From positions 123,155-187,154 of the forward strand of contig MFEY01000007.1 in the NCBI GenBank assembly GCA_001780035.1: a stretch of DNA of 64,000 nucleotides, in the 5' to 3' direction. Below, piece after piece: positions 48,312 to 57,854 of the stretch. The notes beneath the pieces were generated by a model. The model did no database searches. It saw only the letters and a list, made by a program, of their open reading frames with translations, and had not been told where the DNA came from. Origin of the DNA: Candidatus Doudnabacteria bacterium RIFCSPHIGHO2_12_FULL_48_16 (GTDB taxonomy: Bacteria > Patescibacteriota > Doudnabacteria > UBA920 > O2-02-FULL-48-8). The first letter of the stretch is position 1. Each line of letters opens with the position of its first letter. The translations under genes and the position numbers were made by a program.

Positions 48312-51284
48312 TCAGTATCCTTTAAATGCGGACTTATAAGCCTTGTGCGCCTCGGCCAAGGACAGTTTGGCCACGGTCTGGCGGCCATTTTGAATCTGGA
48401 TCGAATCGGTATCGGTCACCTGGCCCATCAGGGCCGAACTGTTACCGGCCATCAGGGCTTCGAATTCGCTTTGGTTTTTCGGATTGATGGTCACCAGCAG
48501 CCGACCCTGGCTTTCCGAAAACAGCCGCTGCTGTGAGCTCGCGGCTTGGCCAGGCAAGGCGGCCAAATCAACTTTCGATCCCAACTTGCCCCCAAGCGCG
48601 GTTTTGGCCAAGGCGAGAGCCAATCCGCCGCGGCCGACGCTGATGCTGGATGCGATCAAATCCTTTTGAACACATTTATAAAAATCCGAATAAAGTTTGC
48701 GGTTGCGCAGACAATCAACCTGTGGCACGTTTTGGCCGGTAAACTTCTCGCCCAGCTCCTCGCTAACCATGGCCATATATTCGGATCCGCCAAGTTCGTC
48801 ATCGGTCCGACCAAGCAGATAAACCAAATCCTTGGGCGTCTTGGCATCGAGCGAGACAACCTTCGTAACATCCGGAATCACACCAATGGAAGTTATAAGG
48901 AGCGTGGGTAAAATGGAAATGGTCACCGGTCGGCCCTTCTGGTCAAACCCGGAAAAATCGTTAAACATGCTGTCCTTGCCGGAAATAAAGGGAGTTTCGT
49001 AAAGCAGCACGTGGTCAAAGCAGCTACGCACCGCTTCCTTGAGCTGGAACAACCGCTTGGGATCGGTCGAGGAGCACCAACAAAAATTATCAAGCAATGC
49101 CAGCATCTCGGGATCAGCGCCTGCCGCCACGGCATTGCGGATGGCCGTATCAATGGCTGCGCCGGCCATGCGGTAGCTGTCGAGCTCGGCATAAGAAGGA
49201 TTAATGCCATAAGAGAGAACCACGCCGCGGTTGGAGGTTAGCAACGGTTTGCTGACTGCGCAATCGCCGCTGACCCGCCCCGGGCCCTGCAGGGGCTTTA
49301 AGACCGACGTACCCTGGACTTCATGGTCATATTGCGTGCTCACAAATTCGGTGCTGGCGAGGTTTAACCGGCCCAGCATTTTAAGCAACTCCGGGCCGTA
49401 ATCTTTAACCGGGCGCAGAGGCCCGGCTGATCCGACAACTTTGACTGCTTGGGATTTAAGCTGGAGTTTGGGCAAACCGTGGTGCAAAAATTCCATAGTC
49501 AGATCAATCAAAGTCTGCCGCTTGTGCTTGACCACGCAGCGCCCCGAATCGGTAAACAGACCGATAACGGTGGCCTCGCTGCCGCGCGCCTGCAACAATT
49601 TTTTCAATTTCAGCCACTTATTCTTCGGCACGGCCAGGGTCATGCGCTCCTGCGATTCCGAGATCCAAATTTTCCATGGCTCAAGACCGGGATACTTGAG
49701 CGGCACTTTGTCCAGCCAGACCAGGCAGCCGCCGGACTCCTTGGCCATTTCCGGCACGGAGCTCGACAAGCCTCCGGCGCCGTTGTCCGTAATGCTGCGG
49801 TAGAGCCCGAGGTCGCGAGCCTCTTTGACCAACGCGTCGCTGAATTTTTTTTGAGTGATCGGATCACCGATCTGGACCGCGGTGGCGGGACTGCCGGCAT
49901 CAATGCCTTCGGACGAAAACGTGGCCCCGTGAATGCCATCCTGGCCGACGCGGCCGCCGACCATGACAATGTAATCGCCCGGTCGGGCTTGTTTTTCGTA
50001 AAGCTTAAGCCCACGGGCGCGTTTGGGAATCAAGCCGACGGTGCCGGCAAAAACCATGGGCTTGCCGCGGTAAGAATCGTCAAACAGCATAAACCCCAGG
50101 GCGGTGGGAACGCCCGAGCAGTTCCCGCCGACGTTGATGCCACGAATCACCCCTTCCATAATACGCTTGGGCGGCAAGATTTTTTGGGTTAAATTGGAAT
50201 CGCGATAAAGCGGCCGCCGATCACGCGGATCGGCGAAACAAAATCCATAAGTGTTAATAACAGGCTTGGCGCCCAGGCCAAAACCGATGGTATCGCGGTT
50301 AACGCCAACAATCCCGGTAATCGCCCCGCCAAACGGATCAAGGGCCGAGGGCGTATTGTGAGTTTCCACTTTGTGCGTGATCAGATAATTTTGGTCGAAT
50401 TCAATCGCCCCCGAATTGTCGGTAAAGACCGAGGCACAAAAATCCTTATCGCCTTTTTTCTGGCGGATAATTTCCGTGGCGCGCTTGATGTAGGTTTTAT
50501 AAAGACCATCCTTGATTTCATCCAAAGGGTTGGCAAAAATCGTATGTTTGCAATGTTCGCTCCAGGTTTGCGCCAGGGCTTCCAGCTCCACGTCAGTCGG
50601 GTTGCGCTTTAAAAACGCAAACTGCTTTTGGATGGCCTTCATATAAGGCAGGCTTAGGGCCAGGGGTCCCCGCCGGCTGCCGTCGGGATTGGCAATGCCT
50701 TGTTTGCCGATTTTGACCAGCTCTTCATCTGGAACATTGAGGTTGACTTGCCGAACCAGCTTGCCGGGCCGCAGGGCAACTTTTGGCACGACGCGCCCCA
50801 AGCCGCGGTCGCGGACGAATTGGCGATAATTTTTTATCTGGGCCCGCTGGATCAGCGGATTGTGAAGCGAGCCGGCAATTTTGTCCACTTCGTCCTCGGT
50901 CAGCTTACCTGTAATAAAAAACAGCTGCGAGCTGTAAATGCTTTCGCTGGCCTTAAATTTTTTGCCCAACAAGTCGGAGGCGGCTTCGGCCGCAGTGGCG
51001 CCCACGTTATCGGTCACGCCCGGCAAAAAACCGATTTCAATAACCCAATCAAACCGCCCTTGGGGCTTGCTGGCATTGATCGTGATCTCTTCGGTCAGCG
51101 GATTGGCCAGAGACTGCCCGATTTGGCGGGTTTGCGCCGCGGTCAGCGCCGCATCCACCATATAAGAGTCAACCACCAAGACGCGTTTAATTTTGCCCTT
51201 TAGCCCCAGGTTTTCGAAGTTTGCCTGTTTGACCCAGCCGCGCGTGTCCGGAACTTTGAATTTGATGTCTAATCTGGTGGCCAT
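48312..51284 (-). CDS. purL: FGAM synthase with fused N-terminal PurS-like domains
   Basis: WSEHCKH, ETHN.PS, D.GAGG, SESQERM, SGKDS. Confidence 0.96.
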   Translation of the reverse strand: MATRLDIKFKVPDTRGWVKQANFENLGLKGKIKRVLVVDSYMVDAALTAAQTRQIGQSLANPLTEEITINASKPQGRFDWVIEIGFLPGVTDNVGATAAEAASDLLGKKFKASESIYSSQLFFITGKLTEDEVDKIAGSLHNPLIQRAQIKNYRQFVRDRGLGRVVPKVALRPGKLVRQVNLNVPDEELVKIGKQGIANPDGSRRGPLALSLPYMKAIQKQFAFLKRNPTDVELEALAQTWSEHCKHTIFANPLDEIKDGLYKTYIKRATEIIRQKKGDKDFCASVFTDNSGAIEFDQNYLITHKVETHNTPSALDPFGGAITGIVGVNRDTIGFGLGAKPVINTYGFCFADPRDRRPLYRDSNLTQKILPPKRIMEGVIRGINVGGNCSGVPTALGFMLFDDSYRGKPMVFAGTVGLIPKRARGLKLYEKQARPGDYIVMVGGRVGQDGIHGATFSSEGIDAGSPATAVQIGDPITQKKFSDALVKEARDLGLYRSITDNGAGGLSSSVPEMAKESGGCLVWLDKVPLKYPGLEPWKIWISESQERMTLAVPKNKWLKLKKLLQARGSEATVIGLFTDSGRCVVKHKRQTLIDLTMEFLHHGLPKLQLKSQAVKVVGSAGPLRPVKDYGPELLKMLGRLNLASTEFVSTQYDHEVQGTSVLKPLQGPGRVSGDCAVSKPLLTSNRGVVLSYGINPSYAELDSYRMAGAAIDTAIRNAVAAGADPEMLALLDNFCWCSSTDPKRLFQLKEAVRSCFDHVLLYETPFISGKDSMFNDFSGFDQKGRPVTISILPTLLITSIGVIPDVTKVVSLDAKTPKDLVYLLGRTDDELGGSEYMAMVSEELGEKFTGQNVPQVDCLRNRKLYSDFYKCVQKDLIASSISVGRGGLALALAKTALGGKLGSKVDLAALPGQAASSQQRLFSESQGRLLVTINPKNQSEFEALMAGNSSALMGQVTDTDSIQIQNGRQTVAKLSLAEAHKAYKSAFKGY

Positions 51285-51343
51285 GTGATTTTTTCCAGTA
51301 TAATCGAATCCAGGCCAAAAAACAACCGCCAACTGCCCGCGTC

Positions 51344-51373
51344 TTGACAAACGCAACTCAGTTGCGTTAAGCT
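51344..51373 (+). promoter_or_regulatory. promoter with 9-1-9 Fur/Zur-type operator
   Basis: TTGACA..TAAGCT enclosing AACGCAACT-C-AGTTGCGTT. Confidence 0.75.
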
Positions 51374-51382
51374 GCAGAGGTC

Positions 51383-51799
51383 ATGAACTATCCCCTGATC
51401 AAACAGCTGCGGGAGCAAGGTTCCCGCATTACCAAAGTCCGGCGCCGGCTGGCCGGAATTTTTGAGCGCCATCATCTGCCTCTAACTGAGCAGGAACTGC
51501 GCTTGCGACTGGCCAAAGCCGGCAGCATCGTCAACAAAACCACAATCTATCGCGAGCTGGCGCACCTGAAAATCAAAAACATCATCAAGGAAGTCGATCT
51601 CGACGACGGCAAGAAGCGGTTTGAGTTAAATTTCCATCAGCATCATCATCACCTGGTTTGCACCAAGTGCCGGATGATCGACGATATTTTTGTGCACAAT
51701 GACGTTCGGCATGTCGAACAGAAGATCCGCAAGGAAAAAAAATTTCTAATTCAGAGCCATTCCCTGGAATTCTTTGGCCTGTGTAAAAACTGCCATTAA
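51383..51799 (+). CDS. Fur-family regulator (probably Zur)
   Basis: TTIYR.L, HHHLVC..C, G.C..C; next to a ZIP gene. Confidence 0.92.
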   Translation: MNYPLIKQLREQGSRITKVRRRLAGIFERHHLPLTEQELRLRLAKAGSIVNKTTIYRELAHLKIKNIIKEVDLDDGKKRFELNFHQHHHHLVCTKCRMIDDIFVHNDVRHVEQKIRKEKKFLIQSHSLEFFGLCKNCH

Positions 51800-51815
51800 T
51801 TAAGATAAATAAATT

Positions 51816-52562
51816 ATGAATACGGCCAGCATTTATGCCCTCCTCAGTGTCTTTGTCGTCAGCCTGGTATCGTTTGTCGGAATCTTAACCCTGTCATTGC
51901 ATTCGCGGTTCGGCAAATCAATGCTGCATTTTATCGTGAGTTTTGCGGCCGGCGCGTTGTTGGGAGATGTGTTTATCCACCTGCTGCCCGAAGTGGCGGC
52001 AGAAGGTAAATTTACCGCGCAACTGTCATGGGTAATATTGGCAACAATTGTTATTTTTTTTCTTACTGAAAAATTAATCCATTGGCATCACCATCATGAT
52101 GAAACAGAAGAATCCAAACAAACTCACCATCCAGTTGCCCTACTCAATCTTGTGGGCGATGGGCTGCACAATATGATCGACGGATTGATTATCGGTGGGG
52201 CTTACCTGGTGGATTGGAAACTTGGATTGGCGACTACGGTGGCAGTGGTGCTCCACGAAATTCCGCAGGAGATTGGCGACTTCGGGGTCTTGATTTATGC
52301 GGGACTTAGTCGACGGCGGGCGTTGTTTTATAACTTTCTTTCCGGTCTGACCGCCATGGTCGGCGTAATAATCGCGCTTACGCTTAAAAATACTGAAAAC
52401 ATCGCCACGATCCTTGTTGCCATCGGGATCGGATCCTTTCTTTATATCTCTGTAGCCGATTTAATCCCCGAAATCCATAAAACCCGCGACAAAATTTGGG
52501 TGGCCTTTATCGCCATCCTGTCTGGCATCGGAGTAATGGCCGCTCTATTACTCTTGGAATAA
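51816..52562 (+). CDS. ZIP family metal transporter
   Basis: HN.IDG, HEIPQE.GD. Confidence 0.93.
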   Translation: MNTASIYALLSVFVVSLVSFVGILTLSLHSRFGKSMLHFIVSFAAGALLGDVFIHLLPEVAAEGKFTAQLSWVILATIVIFFLTEKLIHWHHHHDETEESKQTHHPVALLNLVGDGLHNMIDGLIIGGAYLVDWKLGLATTVAVVLHEIPQEIGDFGVLIYAGLSRRRALFYNFLSGLTAMVGVIIALTLKNTENIATILVAIGIGSFLYISVADLIPEIHKTRDKIWVAFIAILSGIGVMAALLLLE

Positions 52563-52672
52563 TTTTCGTAACGCCAATTACCCGCTTTCGTTGAAATTCC
52601 GTCACCGCCTATGGCGGGATCCCGCCGACAATTAAAATATTAAGGCCGTGGCGGGAAAAGGAGAGCAAATAT

Positions 52673-52894
52673 ATGGCATGGTATGGAGATTCCAAAGGGC
52701 ATGCGGAAGCGGGCCGCAAAGGCGGCAAGGCTCAGGGCCAACGCAATAATCCCGGCAATTTTGCCAACGATCGTGAAAAAGCCAAACGGGCCGGCCAAAA
52801 AGGCGGCTCTGCCAGTCCCAACCGCACGATGCTGGTGCGAAATCGCCCGCAAGAAGAGACGGTCAACCAAAAATATGGAGTGGTCAGCCGTTAA
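52673..52894 (+). CDS. KGG-repeat general stress protein
   Basis: AGRKGG, GNFANDREKA..AGQKGG. Confidence 0.85.
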   Translation: MAWYGDSKGHAEAGRKGGKAQGQRNNPGNFANDREKAKRAGQKGGSASPNRTMLVRNRPQEETVNQKYGVVSR

Positions 52895-52910
52895 TTGTCA
52901 TAAATAAATA

Positions 52911-53984
52911 TTATTTCGCCTGCGCGATAAACAGATCCACCAGGAGGCGTGGGTTGGGATCGGAAGATTTCAGTTTGAGATCAATTGCCAGCAGTTGGGC
53001 CAGCAATCGCTTAAGCGTTGTCGGGGTCCAGTGTTTGGCATGGCTGGCGAGGATAAAAATCCGGCCGGGCTTAAAACCCAATTTTTCCGCCATAGCCGCC
53101 GGAGTCAGGCCCGATTCCGTCAATAGGCTCACCAGCAGCAGGCTGCGGAATTGTTCCGACAAAAGCCCGATGATTTTGATAAAAGCGGATTTCTCGTCGC
53201 CGCCGGTTGAATCCAAATAGTTGGCCAAAGCTTCGAAGGATTTTTCCGATTGGCGAGTTGCCAAATGATCGCTTAAGGCAAAGACCGAATCCGGAACTTT
53301 GGGCTTAATCATGGCTTGGACCAGGGCTGGATCAATCTGATCCGAGGCAGCCGCGAGTTTGGAAAGTTCCGAATGAGCCTCCCAAAGGTCGAAGGCTTCC
53401 TTGCGCTCGATAATGCGGCCACCGATCTTTTTTTCTTCCGCCAAATCCCGGCCCAGAAACCGCGCCAACAGATCGGCCGCAGCCGGCGAAATCGTGACGT
53501 TCAATGTTTTGGCCATGGCCATGAGCCAGGAATCGAGTTGTTTGCCCGCCGGCAGATTAAATTCCGTGACGTTGACCTGGGCCATAAACTGTTTGGTAAA
53601 TTTGAGCCGGCCGTCCGGCCGGCTCGTTTGCCAGAAAATCACAAAAAAATCTTTCGGCACTTGAGCCGGCAGTTCCAGCAAAAAGCTGATCAATTTTTCC
53701 TGATCGGCTTTTTTGGGCAACCCATCCCGGATGATGATCAATCGTTTGGATGAAAATAACGACGGCGCCAACTGGTCCTGCAGACGCTGAATCAATTCCG
53801 TCTCCAGCAATTCCGCCCGGTCACCCCACCCTTCGCGAAGGGTGGGGTCAAAAAAACTGATCGCCATGGACGAATATTTTTTGGCAAATTCTTCTTTCCA
53901 CCGGTCAATTTTGCGACGTAAACTAAAATCGTCCTGCCCGTAAAATAAATAGAGGTTGGATTTGGTTTCTGCTGGTGATGCCAT
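52911..53984 (-). CDS. holA: DNA polymerase III delta subunit
   Basis: YLFYGQD.F, SLFS.KRL, VF.L.D, D..LKS. Confidence 0.85.
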   Translation of the reverse strand: MASPAETKSNLYLFYGQDDFSLRRKIDRWKEEFAKKYSSMAISFFDPTLREGWGDRAELLETELIQRLQDQLAPSLFSSKRLIIIRDGLPKKADQEKLISFLLELPAQVPKDFFVIFWQTSRPDGRLKFTKQFMAQVNVTEFNLPAGKQLDSWLMAMAKTLNVTISPAAADLLARFLGRDLAEEKKIGGRIIERKEAFDLWEAHSELSKLAAASDQIDPALVQAMIKPKVPDSVFALSDHLATRQSEKSFEALANYLDSTGGDEKSAFIKIIGLLSEQFRSLLLVSLLTESGLTPAAMAEKLGFKPGRIFILASHAKHWTPTTLKRLLAQLLAIDLKLKSSDPNPRLLVDLFIAQAK

Positions 53985-53997
53985 AATAAAATTACTC

Positions 53998-54072
53998 TGG
54001 TGCGTCCGGAGGGAATCGAACCCCCAATAACGGTTCCGAAGACCGTTGTGATATCCGTTTCACCACGGACGC
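53998..54072 (-). tRNA. tRNA-Arg(TCG)
   Basis: cloverleaf, loop CTTCGGA, CCA. Confidence 0.95.
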
Positions 54073-54141
54073 CTAAATAGCCCAAAAATCATAGCATTTT
54101 TAAGCCTTGAAATCAAAGATTTAGGGTGTTAAGCTAGAGGC

Positions 54142-54351
54142 ATGCAGAACGGCGACAAAATTATGAATGTTGAGGAATTGTCCAAATTTTTTGGCGTGTC
54201 CAATCAAACCATCTGGCGCTGGTGCAAATCAGGAAAACTGCCGGCTTTTAAGATCGGCTCCCAATGGAAAATCCGCCAGTCCGACATTAATAAGATTATC
54301 AGCCAAAAAATTGAAAAAAAGAAAGCGGACAATCAGGCCAAGCTATTCTAA
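54142..54351 (+). CDS. excisionase-like HTH (HTH_17) protein
   Basis: VS..TIWRW...GKLPAFKIG..W.I; TTGAAA-17-TAAGCT upstream. Confidence 0.88.
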   Translation: MQNGDKIMNVEELSKFFGVSNQTIWRWCKSGKLPAFKIGSQWKIRQSDINKIISQKIEKKKADNQAKLF

Positions 54352-54355
54352 ATTA

Positions 54356-54652
54356 ATGAAGTTATTCCAGCGGCGGAAAGAAAATTTTACCTGCGGGCAT
54401 TGCGGATTCCAAGTGACCGGCACCGGCTATACCAATCATTGCCCGAAATGCTTGTTTAGCAAACATGTGGATGTAAACCCAGGAGACCGGAGCGAAATTT
54501 GCCAGGGGCTCATGAAACCGATTGGGGTGGAGCAAAAATCGGGCGAATATATCATCATCCACAAATGTAGAAATTGTAAAGCGATTAAAAAAAATAAATC
54601 TGCGCCCGAAGATAATTTTGACCTAATCCTCGAACTGACCCAAGCTCCCTAA
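54356..54652 (+). CDS. RNHCP domain protein
   Basis: F.CGHCG, TNHCP.CL.SKHVD..PGDR. Confidence 0.9.
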   Translation: MKLFQRRKENFTCGHCGFQVTGTGYTNHCPKCLFSKHVDVNPGDRSEICQGLMKPIGVEQKSGEYIIIHKCRNCKAIKKNKSAPEDNFDLILELTQAP

Positions 54653-54711
54653 GGGGGCTTTTAAATTTAGCGCAAAAACCTTATACTATGGTGGATCTAC
54701 AAGGAGGCTTG

Positions 54712-54912
54712 ATGACTGAACAACAGGCCGCGAATCTGACGCCCGACCAACCCATCATCATCCGCAAGAAAGGCCGCGTCCACCCGGCGACATTCCTCCG
54801 GCATCTGGGCAAGGGCCTACTCCTGTCAGAGTGCAGGATGACGGTACGGGTCGTGACGCTCGCCGAGGCCGACTTACCCCCAACGCCGATCAACACCCCG
54901 GAGGCCTCGTGA
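54712..54912 (+). CDS. small hypothetical protein (GC-rich)
   Basis: AAGGAGG SD. Confidence 0.6.
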   Translation: MTEQQAANLTPDQPIIIRKKGRVHPATFLRHLGKGLLLSECRMTVRVVTLAEADLPPTPINTPEAS

Positions 54913-55133
54913 CCGCCGACACAGCGCACCAGCTCAAGCCGGGAACAAAGTTCTTGGCGGAAGGCTACAACAACGGCACCAGCATCTGCCGGTTCCGACA
55001 GGCTCTTCCGGCCACCGTCATCAGCGTGGATCCGGAGGGGATCACCGCCGTGCTCGTTGGGGAAGGCTGGTCCACCCGCCACGTGCCGTTCGACCTGGCC
55101 CACCAGATCGCGGAAAAAATCACGAGCAAGTAG
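54909..55133 (+). CDS. small hypothetical protein (GC-rich)
   Basis: GTGA overlap with the preceding ORF. Confidence 0.55.
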   Translation: MTADTAHQLKPGTKFLAEGYNNGTSICRFRQALPATVISVDPEGITAVLVGEGWSTRHVPFDLAHQIAEKITSK

Positions 55134-55253
55134 CTCCCGCGACGCTGACCCTCCATGCTACCCACGCCCCAGGCACGACACATCGTCTGCCTGGGCCTCT
55201 TTTTTTTCAAAAATAAACCGCCCCAGAGGCGGCTTTTTCGAGAGAGATTCATT

Positions 55254-55329
55254 TGGTGGAGTGGCTGGGACTCGAACCCAGAACCAATTGCTTAAGAGGC
55301 AACTGCTCTACCAGTTGAGCTACCACTCC
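55254..55329 (-). tRNA. tRNA-Lys(CTT)
   Basis: cloverleaf, loop CTCTTAA, CCA. Confidence 0.96.
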
Positions 55330-55386
55330 GCAAATAGGCTAAATTAGCTTACTCTTTTTCCGGACTTTTTTCAAGCCCCAATCAGG

Positions 55387-55641
55387 CTATTTAAACGGAT
55401 TGGGGTTGCGGAGATTGGCCGGCTGGGGAGCAAAGTTTTTTTCGGAATCAATCAACTGGAGAGTGTGATTGTATGAGTTCAAATCCAGCCGGACCACGGA
55501 GCCGATGGTGTCCGAAACCTGGGAGGAAAGATTTTGGTAAAGCAGTGAATACAATAAATACAGTTCCCAGGCCACAATCAATAAAACCGCTGCGATCAGC
55601 AAGAATCCAGGATTAAATGAATTGGCTTTGGATTTACTCAT
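55387..55641 (-). CDS. small pilus-locus membrane protein (PilP position)
   Basis: one TM, C-terminal R.NPF. Confidence 0.65.
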   Translation of the reverse strand: MSKSKANSFNPGFLLIAAVLLIVAWELYLLYSLLYQNLSSQVSDTIGSVVRLDLNSYNHTLQLIDSEKNFAPQPANLRNPNPFK

Positions 55642-56221
55642 TGTCTGGTTGTTTAACAAAGAATACCCCGTCAAATACGCCCAAAACCTTGCCGGTGCGG
55701 ACAAACTTTCCCGTATCCGATTGCTTAATTTCCGGCGAAAGATCAATTTTGTCTATTTCGGTGCCGTGCGGCAGGTGTTCCAAATAGCCTAAAAAATTAA
55801 TCAGGCCAATATAATCATTAGATGTGGTGATACGGTAATGCACTTCCGCAATCCCCTGTTTGCCGGGTATGGTATCGGGCATGGGATTTTTTGGGTCCGG
55901 ATCTTTGATATCCAAAATCTCCACAGTGCCTGTTTTTCCGGCGGCCTGTTCGAGCTCCATCACTGGAACGACGAGATTATCCTGGTTCACGATCCGGCCA
56001 GCAATTTCCGTGCGCCGAGAAGCTTTCTCAATATCATTCTTGGCGCTTTGAAAAGCCAAAATCTGCTGATCAATTGTTGCCAGTTCCATCTGGGTTTGCT
56101 TCATTTCCTGATTCGCGGCCAAGACGGAACCCAACACCGGCCGCACGACCAACATCACTAAACCGAAAACAATCAGGATTCCGGCAATGGCAATAGAAAC
56201 AATCTTGCTTAGAGCGCTCAT
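55634..56221 (-). CDS. pilO: PilO-like protein
   Basis: TM plus coiled coil, Y..L..FL..LE.LP; synteny. Confidence 0.7.
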   Translation of the reverse strand: MSALSKIVSIAIAGILIVFGLVMLVVRPVLGSVLAANQEMKQTQMELATIDQQILAFQSAKNDIEKASRRTEIAGRIVNQDNLVVPVMELEQAAGKTGTVEILDIKDPDPKNPMPDTIPGKQGIAEVHYRITTSNDYIGLINFLGYLEHLPHGTEIDKIDLSPEIKQSDTGKFVRTGKVLGVFDGVFFVKQPDNE

Positions 56222-56775
56222 GGTTGTTTGACGGTCTCGGGATTAATGTAGAAAGTAAAGGTAAACGGATCATTCGTCGCCTGATTAAGGTTGGAGAGCG
56301 GAAAATTAATATTCATAAAGTATGCCGATTTATGAAGGTCGCCCCAAAACTTTAATATGTTGTCGCGGTTACCGGCCGTGCCTTTGATTTCAATTTTTCC
56401 GGTCGCCCGATCGAGTGTCAACAAATCGATCTGTAAATCGCTAGGCAACAAATTACCCAACTCAGTCAATGCCTGGGACCAATAATAGTGGTTGGCGTTC
56501 AATTTATCAACATTGGCTATGTCCTGATTAAGGCGAAGAATTTCAAGTTTTAATTCTTCGTTGCCGGATGTCTTGAGCGTCTGCCGTTTGGTTTCGATCG
56601 CCGCCAAAACCTGCTGATTCTGGCTGATTAGATAGGTGCGGCCAACAATGACGACAATCAAAAATACTACCAGCGTAATGAGTATCCAGAGCCAAAACGC
56701 CAGCAGTTGGTTGGCGAATAAATGCAGTTGAAACTCCCGCTGCCAGATTTTCGGTAAAAGATTAATACGTCTCAT
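56218..56775 (-). CDS. pilN: PilN-like protein
   Basis: INLLP motif. Confidence 0.85.
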   Translation of the reverse strand: MRRINLLPKIWQREFQLHLFANQLLAFWLWILITLVVFLIVVIVGRTYLISQNQQVLAAIETKRQTLKTSGNEELKLEILRLNQDIANVDKLNANHYYWSQALTELGNLLPSDLQIDLLTLDRATGKIEIKGTAGNRDNILKFWGDLHKSAYFMNINFPLSNLNQATNDPFTFTFYINPETVKQP

Positions 56776-57829
56776 TGGTTATTCCGCGTAGGGCCAGACC
56801 GGTGACCGTAGTAAATCCCAGAGCTTCGACCTGGGCGATCGTCGGGTTGGCCGCAGTATTGGCCCAAGGGTTACCCAGACGGACCTCGATTCCCGCGCCA
56901 TCGGCGGTATTAATTTTAGAAGACAAATAATCGCTCAGGCCGGCGAGTTTGGCCGTGCCGCCGCACAACAAAATTGTGTCGATCTGGGGCTGAGCCGGAT
57001 CGCGGTCCGTAAAAAACTTTAAAATTTTTCTGATTTCCTCAACCAAACCGTCCAGAATCGGAGTTAATGCCTGCGTCAGGCTGATTCCGTCAACCTGGGC
57101 AATCAGTCCGGCGCCTTGTTTGAGCTTCTCAGCCGCCTCCAAGGGAACATTAAAGCTCCGGGCAATGCTTTCAGTCAGTGCTCGGCCGGCCAGCGGCACA
57201 CTTGATGTGTATTGGATCACTCCCGCTTCAACCAAAATAAAACTGGTTTGCTTGGTGGCCAAATCGACAATTAAGATATTCTTTTGCAAATCCGCACTGG
57301 CAATCAGCGACCTCGCCGTTGCTTGCGACTCCAATTCCATGGCAATCGGCGTTAAACGCGCCAGTTTCAGACTTTCAATTAAGGCGTCCACGTAAGCTTT
57401 CGGCGAAGCCATAACCAGCAAATCCAAGCGGTCTCGGCCGCGCTTAATCACCTGCCAGTCCAGATAGACTTGATCAATGGGCAGAGGAATTTCCTGTTCC
57501 AGCTCATAAGGAACCGCGCCGTCAATTTCCGATTCTTCCATCAGCGGCAGGCTTAAATTGCGGACAAACGACTTGGCTTCCGGAATCGAGCAGACGACGC
57601 GATTGGTTTCGATTTTCCCCGCGCTGGCGAGAACGACCTTAATGTTATCAGCCAGTTTTTGTTCGTTAACAATCATGCTGTTCTTGATCACTTTGTCAGC
57701 CAGCGGCACATTGGCAAACGCCGACGGAACCAATCCCGTCGCGGTCTGGGCCAGTTGCATGACTTTGATCGAACTGTCCGAAATGTCCAAGCCGAATGCT
57801 TTGATTTTTTTGTTTCCAAAAATGCCCAT
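56762..57829 (-). CDS. pilM: type IV pilus assembly protein PilM
   Basis: GLDISD.SIK, LCGG.A.L.GL, GLALRG. Confidence 0.93.
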   Translation of the reverse strand: MGIFGNKKIKAFGLDISDSSIKVMQLAQTATGLVPSAFANVPLADKVIKNSMIVNEQKLADNIKVVLASAGKIETNRVVCSIPEAKSFVRNLSLPLMEESEIDGAVPYELEQEIPLPIDQVYLDWQVIKRGRDRLDLLVMASPKAYVDALIESLKLARLTPIAMELESQATARSLIASADLQKNILIVDLATKQTSFILVEAGVIQYTSSVPLAGRALTESIARSFNVPLEAAEKLKQGAGLIAQVDGISLTQALTPILDGLVEEIRKILKFFTDRDPAQPQIDTILLCGGTAKLAGLSDYLSSKINTADGAGIEVRLGNPWANTAANPTIAQVEALGFTTVTGLALRGITNETY

Positions 57830-57854
57830 AATTTGTTTAATTATACCATAAAAT

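Noticed and set aside
54142-54351. Excisionase marking a prophage
   Set aside because: No integrase or phage structural genes are nearby.
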